Shown here: one piece after another, positions 29,843-40,470 of the stretch
Layout of the letters: every line of letters starts with the position of its first letter
Position numbering within the stretch: the first letter of the stretch is position 1
IMG/VR virus record: IMGVR_UViG_3300042261_001309
Location: 63,117 to 127,116 of that record
DNA: 64,000 nt
Reading direction: 5' to 3' (one strand)
DNA from: a virus
Notes under the pieces: model-generated
What the model saw: only the letters and a program-made list of their open reading frames with translations
What the model was told of the DNA's origin: nothing
Database searches by the model: none
Made by a program: the position numbers and the translations under genes

Positions 29843-30334
29843 TTAAGCACGTTCAACGTCGGGTAATCCGTCAAATGACGTTGAAGTGTTTTCATTGGAA
29901 CTCGTAGGCGTAGCAGCTTGAACAGCCGCAGGTGGATTATCCAAAACAGATGTCTCCATAACATAATGGTTATACGCTTGATCGAGTGCCCTACGAATAT
30001 GATAGCGCTTTTGAGCAAAGTCATCTCGATACACCTGCAGCCTTGTTTTATGCCTAGCTACCATGGACTTATGAAAGCCATGTATTAATTGAATCTCGGC
30101 CTGAATAAATGTATGCGGAACCTTAGCTTGCTGTGACTCCGCATTAAATGCCGACTTATACTGATCGTTTAATTCTTCACGATCAAAATAAGCCTTAAAC
30201 TCCTTCTCAGATATCCGCGCATTAAACCCAAGCAAGCACCATGGCCGGTTGTTAAAATTATCACAAGCCTCAACCAGCCAATCCTGGTAACGAATAAATA
30301 ACTCGTTAAATGTCACAGATGCCCACCTTTCCAT
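29843..30334 (-). CDS. hypothetical protein
   Basis: 163-aa ORF in the operon. Confidence 0.55.
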   Translation of the reverse strand: MERWASVTFNELFIRYQDWLVEACDNFNNRPWCLLGFNARISEKEFKAYFDREELNDQYKSAFNAESQQAKVPHTFIQAEIQLIHGFHKSMVARHKTRLQVYRDDFAQKRYHIRRALDQAYNHYVMETSVLDNPPAAVQAATPTSSNENTSTSFDGLPDVERA

Positions 30335-30957
30335 CCCTCAGCTAGCTTAGCCGTAATCATGTTCAATCGGTTAATCACCGTGGAAGGGGACATTTTTAAC
30401 TGCTTGGCTAATTCATCTGTTGATAGGATTTTCTTACCACCAAACCCAGTTTTTCGCTCCATTATGATCTTATCTATGTTACTTAAGTCATGATATACAT
30501 AATGAATCCAATCGTCATTCTGATCGGTAACAAAAGTCGGTGTCTGCGCTGCGTTAGCAAATGTAACTTCTTTTTTACGGGTAGAATAAAGATTGGTTAC
30601 TTCTTTTAATCCTGTTTTGGTCCTGTTGGCGATTTCGGCCAACGAAGGTTCTCGCCCCAGCTCGCCTCTTAATTCCTCCTCGGCTACATTCATCTTCTGA
30701 ATCTTAAATTGCTTATTTTCAGGAATACGTACAATACCGCCATACTGGGTGGATAACCGGCTTAACTTCTTAAGCGAATTGACTAGAAAAGTGGAAAATT
30801 TAATACCGCTACGCTCATCGTAATTATCTATTGCTTTATCTGCCAGCTTATATGCTTCTGCCATCACAATAGCCAATGGTACGTAACCGGCATATTTGGC
30901 TGCTTCAAACTCAACTAACTTCCGATGGTCATCTAATAACTTTTTACGGTCCTTCAT
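30313..30957 (-). CDS. sigma-70-family RNA polymerase sigma factor (group 3-like)
   Basis: Region 2 'A.DNYDERSGIKFSTF', 'IVRIP', region 3 'ELGREPSLAEIA' and region 4 HTH 'LSTDELAKQLKMSPSTV'. Confidence 0.8.
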   Translation of the reverse strand: MKDRKKLLDDHRKLVEFEAAKYAGYVPLAIVMAEAYKLADKAIDNYDERSGIKFSTFLVNSLKKLSRLSTQYGGIVRIPENKQFKIQKMNVAEEELRGELGREPSLAEIANRTKTGLKEVTNLYSTRKKEVTFANAAQTPTFVTDQNDDWIHYVYHDLSNIDKIIMERKTGFGGKKILSTDELAKQLKMSPSTVINRLNMITAKLAEGWKGGHL

Positions 30958-30959
30958 AG

Positions 30960-32558
30960 TTAAATACTTGAAACATCATTTACGAACCTTCGGGCGTAAT
31001 CCAAAGAGGTTGCAGCCGAGTAATTAAAATAAGATATGGTATTAACCCCAGTAGCTAACGCGTTTGCGCCTATTCTTCCAGAATTAAAAGATACCGTGGT
31101 TATTGCTTCACCTTGGGCCTCTGGTGCCAACCGCAAAGAATGCGTAACACCGGTAACAAAGAAATCGATATAAGTGCCGGGATGCCGTGTATATAACTGG
31201 CCTACAGCGCCAGGTGCGAAATTAGGATTAAACAATGTCGTAAAATTACCTACCCGATCAGAATACTTGGCTTGATAATACTTTATCTGCGCCCACTCAT
31301 TGCAGTACTTCAACAAGCTATCTCTTACCAGCTTATCCTGATTAATCTTTAACTTCTCCTGAGCGTTACGTTTGGCCTCACGTTCTGTCGCCGATTCTTC
31401 CTTACTAGGCGCCGCTGCTGTTCCGGCTCCTGTATTCGTTGCCGCAGCCGAAACACTGCGTTTAACCTGTGATTGAAAAGAAGAATGCAATACTGAGCCA
31501 CCAATAGCTACAAACTCAGGGACGTCTTGCACTAACATGCCACCGTAAGCGTAGGGATCGATATAATACCCTATCTCAGCATTACTGAAGGTGTTAACAA
31601 TTGGCAATGTTTGTGGTGAGCGCAAAACCATTGCACGAATATCCATATACCCGCTGTCATTAAATGAAAAAGAATTATATTGGGCAGGGTAAACGACATT
31701 CGGCGTAGAAGATAGCTGACGCAAACCTACATTAGCGTGGGTCATTCTTAAAAAGCCAATCTTAGGAACGATATAGGCGTATTCATTTCCGATTACCAGT
31801 GTACACTCAAACAAGTCTAACAACTTAAGCAACAAGTCAAACATACTCCCACGTGACTGTGCAATTGTTGCAAGTAAACCGCTTAAAGGAAGGTAATGCC
31901 CCAAAGTTACACGTGTATTTTCAGCAAATACCGTAACGATTTTGTTCATCTTTTCCAATGCCAAGTTAATATGCGTTACTTTTAGTGCTTCGGCTACGCG
32001 CACCAAGGCATACTTAAAGTTTGGCTCAGAAACTAATGTTTTAACATCTTGGTAAGCGTATAAAAATACTTTAACCAATTCCACCATGCCTTTAATAACC
32101 GGTATATCAAAACCGACTTCTTTTAACTTAGAAAAACGGAAAGTACCATTAACAATCTCAGCCCCAGATTGACTATTTAAATTAATTAATGAAGTCTGTT
32201 TAAATATATCGTCTGAATTTGAGCTATAACCTGGTATGCGGGAATCGATTTCTTTTAATACCTGCCAAGTGCTTTTAATCACCAGCTGAATACTCATTCC
32301 GCCCACACTTTGCGACATCGATAGGCCGTCGATTAAACCATCAAAATGTATGCAGCCATTGATAGTTCTAACCAATAGCGATACTCTAGTCCGACGATAC
32401 TTTTCAAAATCACAAAATAAATCCAACGACGAAGGAGCTAATTCAAGTACAGCTGTAGGGATATCCCCGATAGGATAAGTAATCTGTACACCAGTTGGGG
32501 AAATGGTTGGAAATGCCCCAGTAGCTGAAGTTAAAAGTATTTCTACGGCTTTGTTCAT
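30960..32558 (-). CDS. baseplate hub protein (gp27/Mu gp44-like)
   Basis: 'FDGLIDGLS.S', 'FNPNFAPG' and 'FFVTGVTHSL....A.TTVSF'; position in the tail cluster. Confidence 0.6.
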   Translation of the reverse strand: MNKAVEILLTSATGAFPTISPTGVQITYPIGDIPTAVLELAPSSLDLFCDFEKYRRTRVSLLVRTINGCIHFDGLIDGLSMSQSVGGMSIQLVIKSTWQVLKEIDSRIPGYSSNSDDIFKQTSLINLNSQSGAEIVNGTFRFSKLKEVGFDIPVIKGMVELVKVFLYAYQDVKTLVSEPNFKYALVRVAEALKVTHINLALEKMNKIVTVFAENTRVTLGHYLPLSGLLATIAQSRGSMFDLLLKLLDLFECTLVIGNEYAYIVPKIGFLRMTHANVGLRQLSSTPNVVYPAQYNSFSFNDSGYMDIRAMVLRSPQTLPIVNTFSNAEIGYYIDPYAYGGMLVQDVPEFVAIGGSVLHSSFQSQVKRSVSAAATNTGAGTAAAPSKEESATEREAKRNAQEKLKINQDKLVRDSLLKYCNEWAQIKYYQAKYSDRVGNFTTLFNPNFAPGAVGQLYTRHPGTYIDFFVTGVTHSLRLAPEAQGEAITTVSFNSGRIGANALATGVNTISYFNYSAATSLDYARRFVNDVSSI

Positions 32559-33370
32559 GATTCTAGATACGACTGCACACGATAGAAATACCCAAGCAAT
32601 AAACCAGCAAACTGATATACCTTGTTATGATGCTGCACCCACATGGTATCGAACGTGAACGGAGAATACTTACTTTTATACCCCAGCATAGCTGATACTT
32701 GCGGCACATACTTTGTTTTTAGCATATCCGCCAAGGTAAGCATATTAAAGTCTGACTTCGCATTAACGGTTATTTTCCATGACTTATTGGAAGTCGTAGT
32801 AAAGTCGACAGCAGAAGAAAAAACCAAAGTCAGATTATAAAAAGGAATATATAGAATTTGGCTAACGCCGGCATTAGTTCCCGCATTAGTCCATACCAAC
32901 GTAACAGCCGACAATAACTGTTCAGTGACCACGCCCACTGAATTTACGCGGTATACAGATACCACATTTGAATTATCTATCTGAGTAATTTTTAAAATTA
33001 ATTCATTCGTTGGTAACGGCGCTTGAAGTTGCGCGGTAATACTTATTTGCAGATCTGTACTTTCGCCGTCTTCCAATATTGACTTGGATATTTGGTTATA
33101 ACTGAAATAAGTCTGAATCTCGTCCAGGTTATAAGTTACCCGCGAATCAAAGCTACGAGTAAATTCTTCCATGCCTGCGGCTTGAACTGCCCGCTCATAA
33201 CTATACATGCGATATAGTTTTTGAAAGTCTGCCTCGGCAGGTGGCACAATTAGCGCGTGAAACTTAGCCAACGGCTTAGGTAACACTAATGGCGCAAAAT
33301 CTTTTGCAACGTGTTCATCTACGTTTGAAGCCGCCTTATTAAGAATGAGTGTTCTAAAATGATTAATCAT
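32555..33370 (-). CDS. putative baseplate structural protein
   Basis: 271-aa ORF between the tube-initiator-like gene and the hub. Confidence 0.45.
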   Translation of the reverse strand: MINHFRTLILNKAASNVDEHVAKDFAPLVLPKPLAKFHALIVPPAEADFQKLYRMYSYERAVQAAGMEEFTRSFDSRVTYNLDEIQTYFSYNQISKSILEDGESTDLQISITAQLQAPLPTNELILKITQIDNSNVVSVYRVNSVGVVTEQLLSAVTLVWTNAGTNAGVSQILYIPFYNLTLVFSSAVDFTTTSNKSWKITVNAKSDFNMLTLADMLKTKYVPQVSAMLGYKSKYSPFTFDTMWVQHHNKVYQFAGLLLGYFYRVQSYLES

Positions 33371-33434
33371 GTTGTTATTGTTAACTTAATACCAAGCGTA
33401 ACGCTAGTATAAAAACTAAAAAGCCAGCTCGATA

Positions 33435-34061
33435 TTACGGGTTATTAGCGGACAACGCGTTTAGCCATGGATTAACCATAGAATATTGGTAATCGCTAAG
33501 CCCACCCGTACTGGACGTTTTGGTGTTGTTACTGCCTGTTGCATTCGTAGTAACATTACTCACTGGTTGACGTAATCGAGTTGAACATTGGCCGGCAGCA
33601 TTAACATAAACAGGTATATTGTGAGACAGTACCTGAATAGTTACCGTAAATTCTGTCATGTAATTTGGATCTGCCACAGTGTTTGTCGTAAAGTTAGATA
33701 CTACACCACGAAAAACAGTGCGACCAATTGAAACATTTACAGGTCTTCCTCTCGCACCCCCAATACCACCAACATAAAAATCATTAAGACCGTTCATCTG
33801 TCCGCGACAGTCCGCAAATATAATTCCAGATACAGTAATCGTACCTATACCTCGACCAAAATAAAAATAGCTAATAACGTCATCAAAGGTTATGAAGTAC
33901 TGAAAAATATCGCCGTTCTGAGCACCAACACTGGTGATAATGGCCATAGATGCCGGGCCGACAAAATTCTTAAGAAAATCTATCTGCACCGCATTAACTA
34001 CCGCAATGTCGCCTTTAAACAACGACTCATTCTGTGAACTATTATAAAATACAGCCGCCAT
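33435..34061 (-). CDS. tail tube initiator-like protein
   Basis: Directly downstream of the tape measure; 'YFGRGIGTITVSG' and 'FRGVVSNF....EFTVTI' tube-fold pattern. Likely start is the ATG at 34061. Confidence 0.55.
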   Translation of the reverse strand: MAAVFYNSSQNESLFKGDIAVVNAVQIDFLKNFVGPASMAIITSVGAQNGDIFQYFITFDDVISYFYFGRGIGTITVSGIIFADCRGQMNGLNDFYVGGIGGARGRPVNVSIGRTVFRGVVSNFTTNTVADPNYMTEFTVTIQVLSHNIPVYVNAAGQCSTRLRQPVSNVTTNATGSNNTKTSSTGGLSDYQYSMVNPWLNALSANNP

Positions 34062-34065
34062 AATA

Positions 34066-36615
34066 TTAGTTAGATTTACCGTCCAGCCTCCCCAATACAT
34101 CAACTAGCTTGTTTAAGCCCTTTACAATGTCTCTTATTGATTGTCGATAGTCCTCTTCTGCTATCTTTGATTCTGCTAGATCAACTTCTGCTTTACCTAA
34201 ATTTTTATGCGACGTCTGAAAATCATCCGACAGCTTCAGCGCTGCTTCTATTCCTCCTTTTTCTGTCGCTGTCGCTCTTTTTTCTAACGCCCGATATTTT
34301 TTAACGATCTCTGAATTTTCACCGTCTTTACCAAGCGCCAGCTGCTCATTTAGTTTAGCCAGACTCTCTATATCTGTTTTATACGTCGCATTAAATTTTG
34401 CAGTGTCTTCTTTATCCCGCAAATCTAATTCAGGCTTTAGCCGAGCATCCCTAAAATCGTTAAAATATTTTCTAACTGTTGCATTTCGTATATTTTCAAA
34501 CGATAAACTTTTTAACTTATTGCTGGGGTCTAATAACTTTAACTTTTTTCGCTCTTCTGATGTTAAATCTTTGATCTCTTTACCGACCAACCCGCCAAAT
34601 TCGTTTTTAGCAATAAAATCTTTTTCTGACATACCGCGGACATCCATTGCTGCTGTCAAAGTCTCGCGCATCGTCTGACGTAACTTTGCGTCATCTGGTA
34701 GTTCCATGTCTCTAAAGAACCGTTCGATGCCTTTAGGAGTTAACTCACCTGTAAACAAATTATTAGCAATCTGCGTCAAAAGAGGCGCATTGAACTTTGC
34801 TAACCTAGCAGACGTTGCAGCATCGACTACTTTATAATATGAAACTTGTACGTCCAACGCTGCCTGCTTATCTCGATAGGATGAGTTATACCGGCTTTTC
34901 ATGGCGTGTTCTGCCGCACCATAAAACTCTGGGTTTTTGGCTATTACCGAATCCGAGGCAGCAAAGCCAGCGGCCAATTTACCTAAATTAAAATCGCCCT
35001 TAGCTCTAGCCGCAGAAACACGCTGTAGTGTATCTAAGCTACGTTTGTCTGATCCTAAGTTATAACGCTTTGCGGCTTGCTCGACTGTTAAATCAGGATC
35101 AGCTGTCATCGCAAGCATGGCTGACGAAAGTGCGGCATTACCTCCATTCGAGGAGGTTAAGTCCATTTTAAATTTATCTAGTACGTCCGTACCGAGAGCA
35201 GTCACTATGGCAGAAGGCGCAGATTGCCTAAGCGCGTCTAACCCGAACTTGGTGGCCATGGCGTTATTCTGGGCAAAATTCTGCAATTCCGCAGTATTCA
35301 TACCCAATCCCTTCGCTGCGGCATTTAATAACTTTGTATAGCCGGCCGGGCTGGTATCTCTTAACGGATCATTTAAAAAATCAGTTATGCTCTTTTGAAC
35401 ACCGATATTTCCTTCAACCCCAGCTTTATGATAAATGGCGCCAAGCCATTTAGTTAATGGCTGGTCGTTGGCTTTACTATCAATAGCCGCTAAGTCTGTA
35501 GCATATTTAACTTCACCACCAACTAAGCGAATACTTGAAGCACCGCCTGTGCTCTTCGCTAGCGTCGTCAGATTCATGGCGTTTATAGATGCTTCCATTG
35601 CCCCCATACCGCCAGCGCCAAAAGGTACGTTACTCTGCCTAGCAAAATCTTTAAAGGTATCTACCATGGAAGTCATTACCCCTATGTTAACACCAAGCAC
35701 ACGCGCAGTGGCCTTAATACGCCTGAGAGAATCTTCTAATTTAGCGGAATCTTGATCGCCTGTTAATGAATCTGTTCCTAGCAGCGAACTTGTAGCTTCC
35801 CATAACTCAGAACCTGACTTATCATTTCCAAATACCCCCCGCATAGCGTCCATCAGCTTCATAGAAGCTGAAGCCTCTTTAATACTTACGCCATCTTTAC
35901 CAAGGCCGATGAACTTATTAAAACCTTCCACTGGCCCTCCAGAAGAAGTAAATAAACCGGTACGAACAGCTGTAGTATAACCACCCATTATATCCTCTAG
36001 CTTAAATCCCCTGCTCGCTTCCCAATTTTGACCTGTCGCTCTTTTAGCTGCGCTCTTCAATAAACTATCTATACGATCATTCAACGCTTCGCCAGTTAAC
36101 CGAGAAGTCTCTGCATCCTCTTCAGGTGTTATGCCTCGATTATAAAACTTATAACTTAACGACCGCATCATTTGGCCGGTTTCCATCGGCGTAATCTCTC
36201 CGGTGGTACGGCCTAAATAAGCTAATGATTGCGTAGTTAAATTACCGTAAGCACTCATTGCTGCAGCTACGGGATTACCACCAGCAAACGGGGCGAGTGT
36301 TCGAGATGCAAGCCCATTAGGATCAGATAACAAAGATGTCATGAAGCCTGTAGGATTTAACCCACCTATCCGCTCGAATAACATCTGATTCGCAAACTGT
36401 TGATTGCGAATGGCAAAGAAGTCTAAATTACGCCGCTGCCAATTAATGGCATCGTACGGACTTTGATTTGTGCCAGGGACAGGCCGGGGAAACATCCGGC
36501 CCTGCATCAGCGTGGAAGCAAGAAGGTTTAATAACGGATTACCAAAATCCATTCCTGGAATTTGGCTATAGTTATAAGAAGTAGCCGAATTGTCGCCTGT
36601 GAAAAGATCTGACAT
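34066..36615 (-). CDS. tape measure protein
   Basis: 849 aa, Ala/Gly/Leu-rich and helical; follows the two chaperone-like ORFs. Confidence 0.65.
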   Translation of the reverse strand: MSDLFTGDNSATSYNYSQIPGMDFGNPLLNLLASTLMQGRMFPRPVPGTNQSPYDAINWQRRNLDFFAIRNQQFANQMLFERIGGLNPTGFMTSLLSDPNGLASRTLAPFAGGNPVAAAMSAYGNLTTQSLAYLGRTTGEITPMETGQMMRSLSYKFYNRGITPEEDAETSRLTGEALNDRIDSLLKSAAKRATGQNWEASRGFKLEDIMGGYTTAVRTGLFTSSGGPVEGFNKFIGLGKDGVSIKEASASMKLMDAMRGVFGNDKSGSELWEATSSLLGTDSLTGDQDSAKLEDSLRRIKATARVLGVNIGVMTSMVDTFKDFARQSNVPFGAGGMGAMEASINAMNLTTLAKSTGGASSIRLVGGEVKYATDLAAIDSKANDQPLTKWLGAIYHKAGVEGNIGVQKSITDFLNDPLRDTSPAGYTKLLNAAAKGLGMNTAELQNFAQNNAMATKFGLDALRQSAPSAIVTALGTDVLDKFKMDLTSSNGGNAALSSAMLAMTADPDLTVEQAAKRYNLGSDKRSLDTLQRVSAARAKGDFNLGKLAAGFAASDSVIAKNPEFYGAAEHAMKSRYNSSYRDKQAALDVQVSYYKVVDAATSARLAKFNAPLLTQIANNLFTGELTPKGIERFFRDMELPDDAKLRQTMRETLTAAMDVRGMSEKDFIAKNEFGGLVGKEIKDLTSEERKKLKLLDPSNKLKSLSFENIRNATVRKYFNDFRDARLKPELDLRDKEDTAKFNATYKTDIESLAKLNEQLALGKDGENSEIVKKYRALEKRATATEKGGIEAALKLSDDFQTSHKNLGKAEVDLAESKIAEEDYRQSIRDIVKGLNKLVDVLGRLDGKSN

Positions 36616-36956
36616 TACTTAGTATTACTTTCTTTTGACTGCAAAAAGTTACGCCAGAATTGCGTTTCCTCGACGGTAACTTCTGTTTTCTCTTTTATTT
36701 TAGCATATGGAAAGACTAAATTAAAATACTTATGTCGCTTTTCCTGCGCTTGTTGAAACGAGTCATTAGAAGGAGCGCCACTAGCCAGCGAACTGGACAT
36801 GACAGAATCAAGGAAAAGCACATTTTCAAGTTTATGCTTTTCCAGATAATTAAGGATGAAGTTTTCTCTTACCTTGGAACCGACGTGTTTATACTCGAAA
36901 TTAAGCCAACCACGTAAATAACACTCAGTCAATAAAACTACGCGTTGGCTTTCCAA
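36615..36956 (-). CDS. tail assembly chaperone, downstream (GT-like) frame
   Basis: Overlaps the upstream chaperone in the -1 frame, has only a TTG start inside a T-run, and abuts the tape measure. Confidence 0.5.
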   Translation of the reverse strand: MESQRVVLLTECYLRGWLNFEYKHVGSKVRENFILNYLEKHKLENVLFLDSVMSSSLASGAPSNDSFQQAQEKRHKYFNLVFPYAKIKEKTEVTVEETQFWRNFLQSKESNTK

Positions 36957-37462
36957 AAATCTGGTTCTTCAAGACAATTAGTTAGCTTCAATACTTTATT
37001 CTCGAAAGTACGGAAAACCGTCTGCAAACCAACCAATTTATAGATAGGCCAATTGGAAAATTCACGAGCACGAACGGCTACATAGTTTTCTTCTTTGCAA
37101 CTGTCTTTAGTAATAGTCGGCAAAAATGGTAGGTTATTTATTTCCACTACTGATACACCTAGGCGATAAAGCATAATCTGAATAAAATAGCCGTCATTGT
37201 TTTTGGCTATTCCGTCATCCTGATCTTTGACCACTTGTTTAAGTACATCTGCATTTTCAGTTACAGTCAGTGTTTTGAACTTAACCGTAAACGCACCATT
37301 CATCAAGCTGTACGCATCAGTAAACGGTTTATCCGCTAGGAAGGATTTAAAGAAATTTTCCTTATCTTCCTTGGTGGTTGTGATTCCACTCAAATCAAGC
37401 GACGACTTGGGCGCCAACTCTGGGTTAACTAACTCCGGTTTAAATACTTCTTTATTTTCCAT
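36938..37462 (-). CDS. tail assembly chaperone (G-like)
   Basis: 'VKFKTLTVTE' pattern, ends ...EEPDFW; positioned before the tape measure. Confidence 0.55.
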   Translation of the reverse strand: MENKEVFKPELVNPELAPKSSLDLSGITTTKEDKENFFKSFLADKPFTDAYSLMNGAFTVKFKTLTVTENADVLKQVVKDQDDGIAKNNDGYFIQIMLYRLGVSVVEINNLPFLPTITKDSCKEENYVAVRAREFSNWPIYKLVGLQTVFRTFENKVLKLTNCLEEPDFWKANA

Positions 37463-39845
37463 AACTTGTATAATCTACGAATACGTTGCTGTTTAAACTT
37501 AATTTACCTTCCGATGCCTTAGCTACCACTGAGCTATAAAGCTCACCGTCAGTTTCATTAAATTCCTGATTGTTAAGAATAGCTGTTGCATACTTTTCAG
37601 CCATTAGCAGACCAGGGTAAGGATAAGTATCGTTTACGGCCTTTTCCTGCCATTTGCCAAAATGAAACGTATCAAAAGCCTCATCTTCTTGTTGCGCGAT
37701 AGTTTGCGGGAAAACTTCGCCATCTGCAAACTTATAATTAATCGAATCAGGAAATCTAAACAATAATTTATCGAAAGCTGACGCAGCACTATAAATTGGC
37801 AAGTCTTCCGTAAAGTCTAAATTAATAAGGGAGGCAATTGAATCTCTAAAGGTTTGAAACTGGCTATCTGTAGCATCAATAGCTCCCTGAACTGGTCCAA
37901 ATAAACTTACAGCATGAACTTGGTTTTTAATACCTATAATAGTACTCTGCATACCTGTAAACAATGCCGAGCCTTCACTAAAGCAAACCAAGCTGCCGTT
38001 GCTGGCCAATAGAATATTGTTCTTTGAGAAAATATCCATGCCGCCATTACAGCTGATAATGTACTGTTTATTAACCTCGTGGAATTCCATTTCCGTCCGT
38101 AGGTCATAAACCATATTTACATCTTCAACTCGATATTGGCTGGATGACGCAATGGTGCTATCCTTGGCTAATAATATAATCCCATGCGCCTCCGTAATTG
38201 GCTTATCATCTTCCTGTGGGCCATATTCGCCAATAGTCTGAGAATCCGATTGTAAAATAATGCCTGAATTAGCACTGTAAAAATGCTGCACCTTATCTGT
38301 CTTAATTCGCAGATTGCCGTCAGTCGACGATAACTCAATATCGTTCTTAACCGCCATGGCTAGACAATTGCCAACCTTGCCAGCTAAATTACGCATTGGC
38401 TGCATTACTACGTCTTTAGCGGACTGCAAATAAATGTTCCCGCCTTCCATTACAATTGCAGAACCCCACGCGTCCATAAGAGTAATACCCCCGTTAGGCA
38501 TTACATATACTCCAGCTTTACGATTTAAATAAGTAGCGGGAACAGCGGGATGGACTTCCGTAATCTGATCCAGCGGCTGTTCCGTGGTTAAAGAAGCAGG
38601 TACATTAAAATCATTATTTTTTTCAAAATTACCATAGCCTACTGATTCCTGCGTATAAGCTAGATAGTCCTTCAACTGTAAGAAATATAAGTACGGCTGA
38701 CCGAGTGATCTGGCTGTATCGTCAAATACGTAAGGTGCAGTTTGAGCAATTGCTTCTACTGTCTGAGCGGTAGCCCTGGCATTAAAATCTGCGGTGTTTA
38801 AAGTTTCACCGGTAGAACCTTCGTTAATTGCAGGCTGAGCTGGTGAATTTATTCTAGTTGGTACTCTAATCCAATTACTTTTCTCGATAGCCACTCCCTT
38901 TAAACTGCGAGCATAAATACCACCATCCAACGACATTTTTACTTCTGCCAACCCTTTATCGTATTCTTCGATTGCTTGCCCGTCTAATGCCCGTAATTGC
39001 CCATCTGCGGGCTTGGTAATCATCAGCCGTACAAAATCACCTAAAGCGCCTACAAACAATTTTAAACGAGAAATACCAATCTGGTTTTCTTTTTTTAGCT
39101 TATAGAAATGGTCCGCATCGTCATTTGTTATACGGCCAGTATGTTCTATAGGCGAATTATCACCATTATTACCACTATTGGTGGTATTAGGCGTACCTTG
39201 CGCTTCAATTGGATCGTGAGTTAAATATACTTCAGTATTCAGATGCGATCCGTCGTGGATCACCTGAGTCTCTCCCATACAGGTAAAATGCTGATAATTG
39301 TGACTTACTATTCTAACCAGATCGTCGAATACGAAAGCCTGTACTTGCGCTAACTCAGAAGCTTTGAGCGATGCAAAATTCTGAAACAACCCGAGCAATA
39401 TTCCAAAGTCATTGACAATTACATGTTCGCCTGGAAGCACATCCGTAGGCCGACGATTATTAACTGTAACTATCTTGGATACCCTTTCACCAGTAAGCCC
39501 TTGAATATTGCATGAATCAGCATTACCGTCTCCAGCTCCAATCACTGTGCGAAGCGGAAATTCAGAACCGTCAGGTGAAAAGTCAGCTTTTGTTAATACC
39601 CCTAAAATAAGGCAGGTCATTACATCGTCATGTTGAAAACATAAAACATCTGAACCTGCTTGCGGCAATGCACAATCTTTAAAGCCAAATAAATTCGCCA
39701 AGCACGAAGAAATAGGTATGCCTTGAATTAACCCGGGCAACCCAACTGCACGCGGGAATATCTGCACGCTGTAAGTCCCTGGATCTACAGACATTACCGT
39801 GCCAATAAAAAACCGCTTTTCCTTTAAAAGTGTGACGATATCCAT
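37452..39845 (-). CDS. baseplate central spike (gp5/gpV-like OB fold plus beta-helix)
   Basis: N-terminal 'GTVMSVDP...LPQAGSDVLC....LILGVL' and beta-repeat 'GVYVMPNGGITLMDAWGSAIVMEGGNIYLQS'. Confidence 0.65.
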   Translation of the reverse strand: MDIVTLLKEKRFFIGTVMSVDPGTYSVQIFPRAVGLPGLIQGIPISSCLANLFGFKDCALPQAGSDVLCFQHDDVMTCLILGVLTKADFSPDGSEFPLRTVIGAGDGNADSCNIQGLTGERVSKIVTVNNRRPTDVLPGEHVIVNDFGILLGLFQNFASLKASELAQVQAFVFDDLVRIVSHNYQHFTCMGETQVIHDGSHLNTEVYLTHDPIEAQGTPNTTNSGNNGDNSPIEHTGRITNDDADHFYKLKKENQIGISRLKLFVGALGDFVRLMITKPADGQLRALDGQAIEEYDKGLAEVKMSLDGGIYARSLKGVAIEKSNWIRVPTRINSPAQPAINEGSTGETLNTADFNARATAQTVEAIAQTAPYVFDDTARSLGQPYLYFLQLKDYLAYTQESVGYGNFEKNNDFNVPASLTTEQPLDQITEVHPAVPATYLNRKAGVYVMPNGGITLMDAWGSAIVMEGGNIYLQSAKDVVMQPMRNLAGKVGNCLAMAVKNDIELSSTDGNLRIKTDKVQHFYSANSGIILQSDSQTIGEYGPQEDDKPITEAHGIILLAKDSTIASSSQYRVEDVNMVYDLRTEMEFHEVNKQYIISCNGGMDIFSKNNILLASNGSLVCFSEGSALFTGMQSTIIGIKNQVHAVSLFGPVQGAIDATDSQFQTFRDSIASLINLDFTEDLPIYSAASAFDKLLFRFPDSINYKFADGEVFPQTIAQQEDEAFDTFHFGKWQEKAVNDTYPYPGLLMAEKYATAILNNQEFNETDGELYSSVVAKASEGKLSLNSNVFVDYTSYGK

Positions 39846-39851
39846 AGCAAT

Positions 39852-39888
39852 AAAAAAGCCTGCTTACCAATTAAACTAGCAAGCAGGC
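39852..39888 (-). terminator. terminator after the tail tube gene
   Basis: GCCTGCTT..AAGCAGGC stem followed by TTTTTT on the minus strand. Confidence 0.7.
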
Positions 39889-39911
39889 AAAAAGATGTAA
39901 ACCAAAATAGC

Positions 39912-40451
39912 TTATGACGGAGCTACAATCATCTGCAAGAACTCGATTGTGACGTTATCCAGTACTGTAAGCCCTTCAGCTTCAGCTGAAATGTTATAAC
40001 CGGTTACAGTGCCGCCACGCATACGAAAACCACCGTATGATTCAGAACAATTAGTAAATGCAGATGCACCGTTAAAGGTTACTTTAATGGTGGCTGTACC
40101 TTTACAGATATCCCAACCTGGGAATGAAAACAAATTGGCAACACCAGGTAGCTTTGAACCAGCGACTGATTCATACTTGGCGAATAGTCGAGAAATCTGA
40201 ATCGTGCCAATTGGTTGAGTAGGATAAATAACAGCCAAAGGAGAACCACCGCTAGTACCTAATGTACGCCGACGGACTACTTGCTGTTGATACGAAATAT
40301 TAATATTTGTGGCGCCTGCAACAACTTGGTCACCTTGCCCCCATTTTGGATCGTCAGAAGTAAACACAATGGTACACATGTCAGCCGTAATCGGCTTGAC
40401 CGGTGTAATTAACCTACGACCATATAAATCTGAATTTGGTTCTGCTGCCAT
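39912..40451 (-). CDS. tail tube protein
   Basis: 179 aa, beta-rich, downstream of the sheath and followed by a terminator; 'NINISYQQQV.R..TLG' and 'VTGYNIS..A....V.DNV.IEF'. Confidence 0.7.
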   Translation of the reverse strand: MAAEPNSDLYGRRLITPVKPITADMCTIVFTSDDPKWGQGDQVVAGATNINISYQQQVVRRRTLGTSGGSPLAVIYPTQPIGTIQISRLFAKYESVAGSKLPGVANLFSFPGWDICKGTATIKVTFNGASAFTNCSESYGGFRMRGGTVTGYNISAEAEGLTVLDNVTIEFLQMIVAPS

Positions 40452-40470
40452 AATCTTTTATTTGTTTGTT

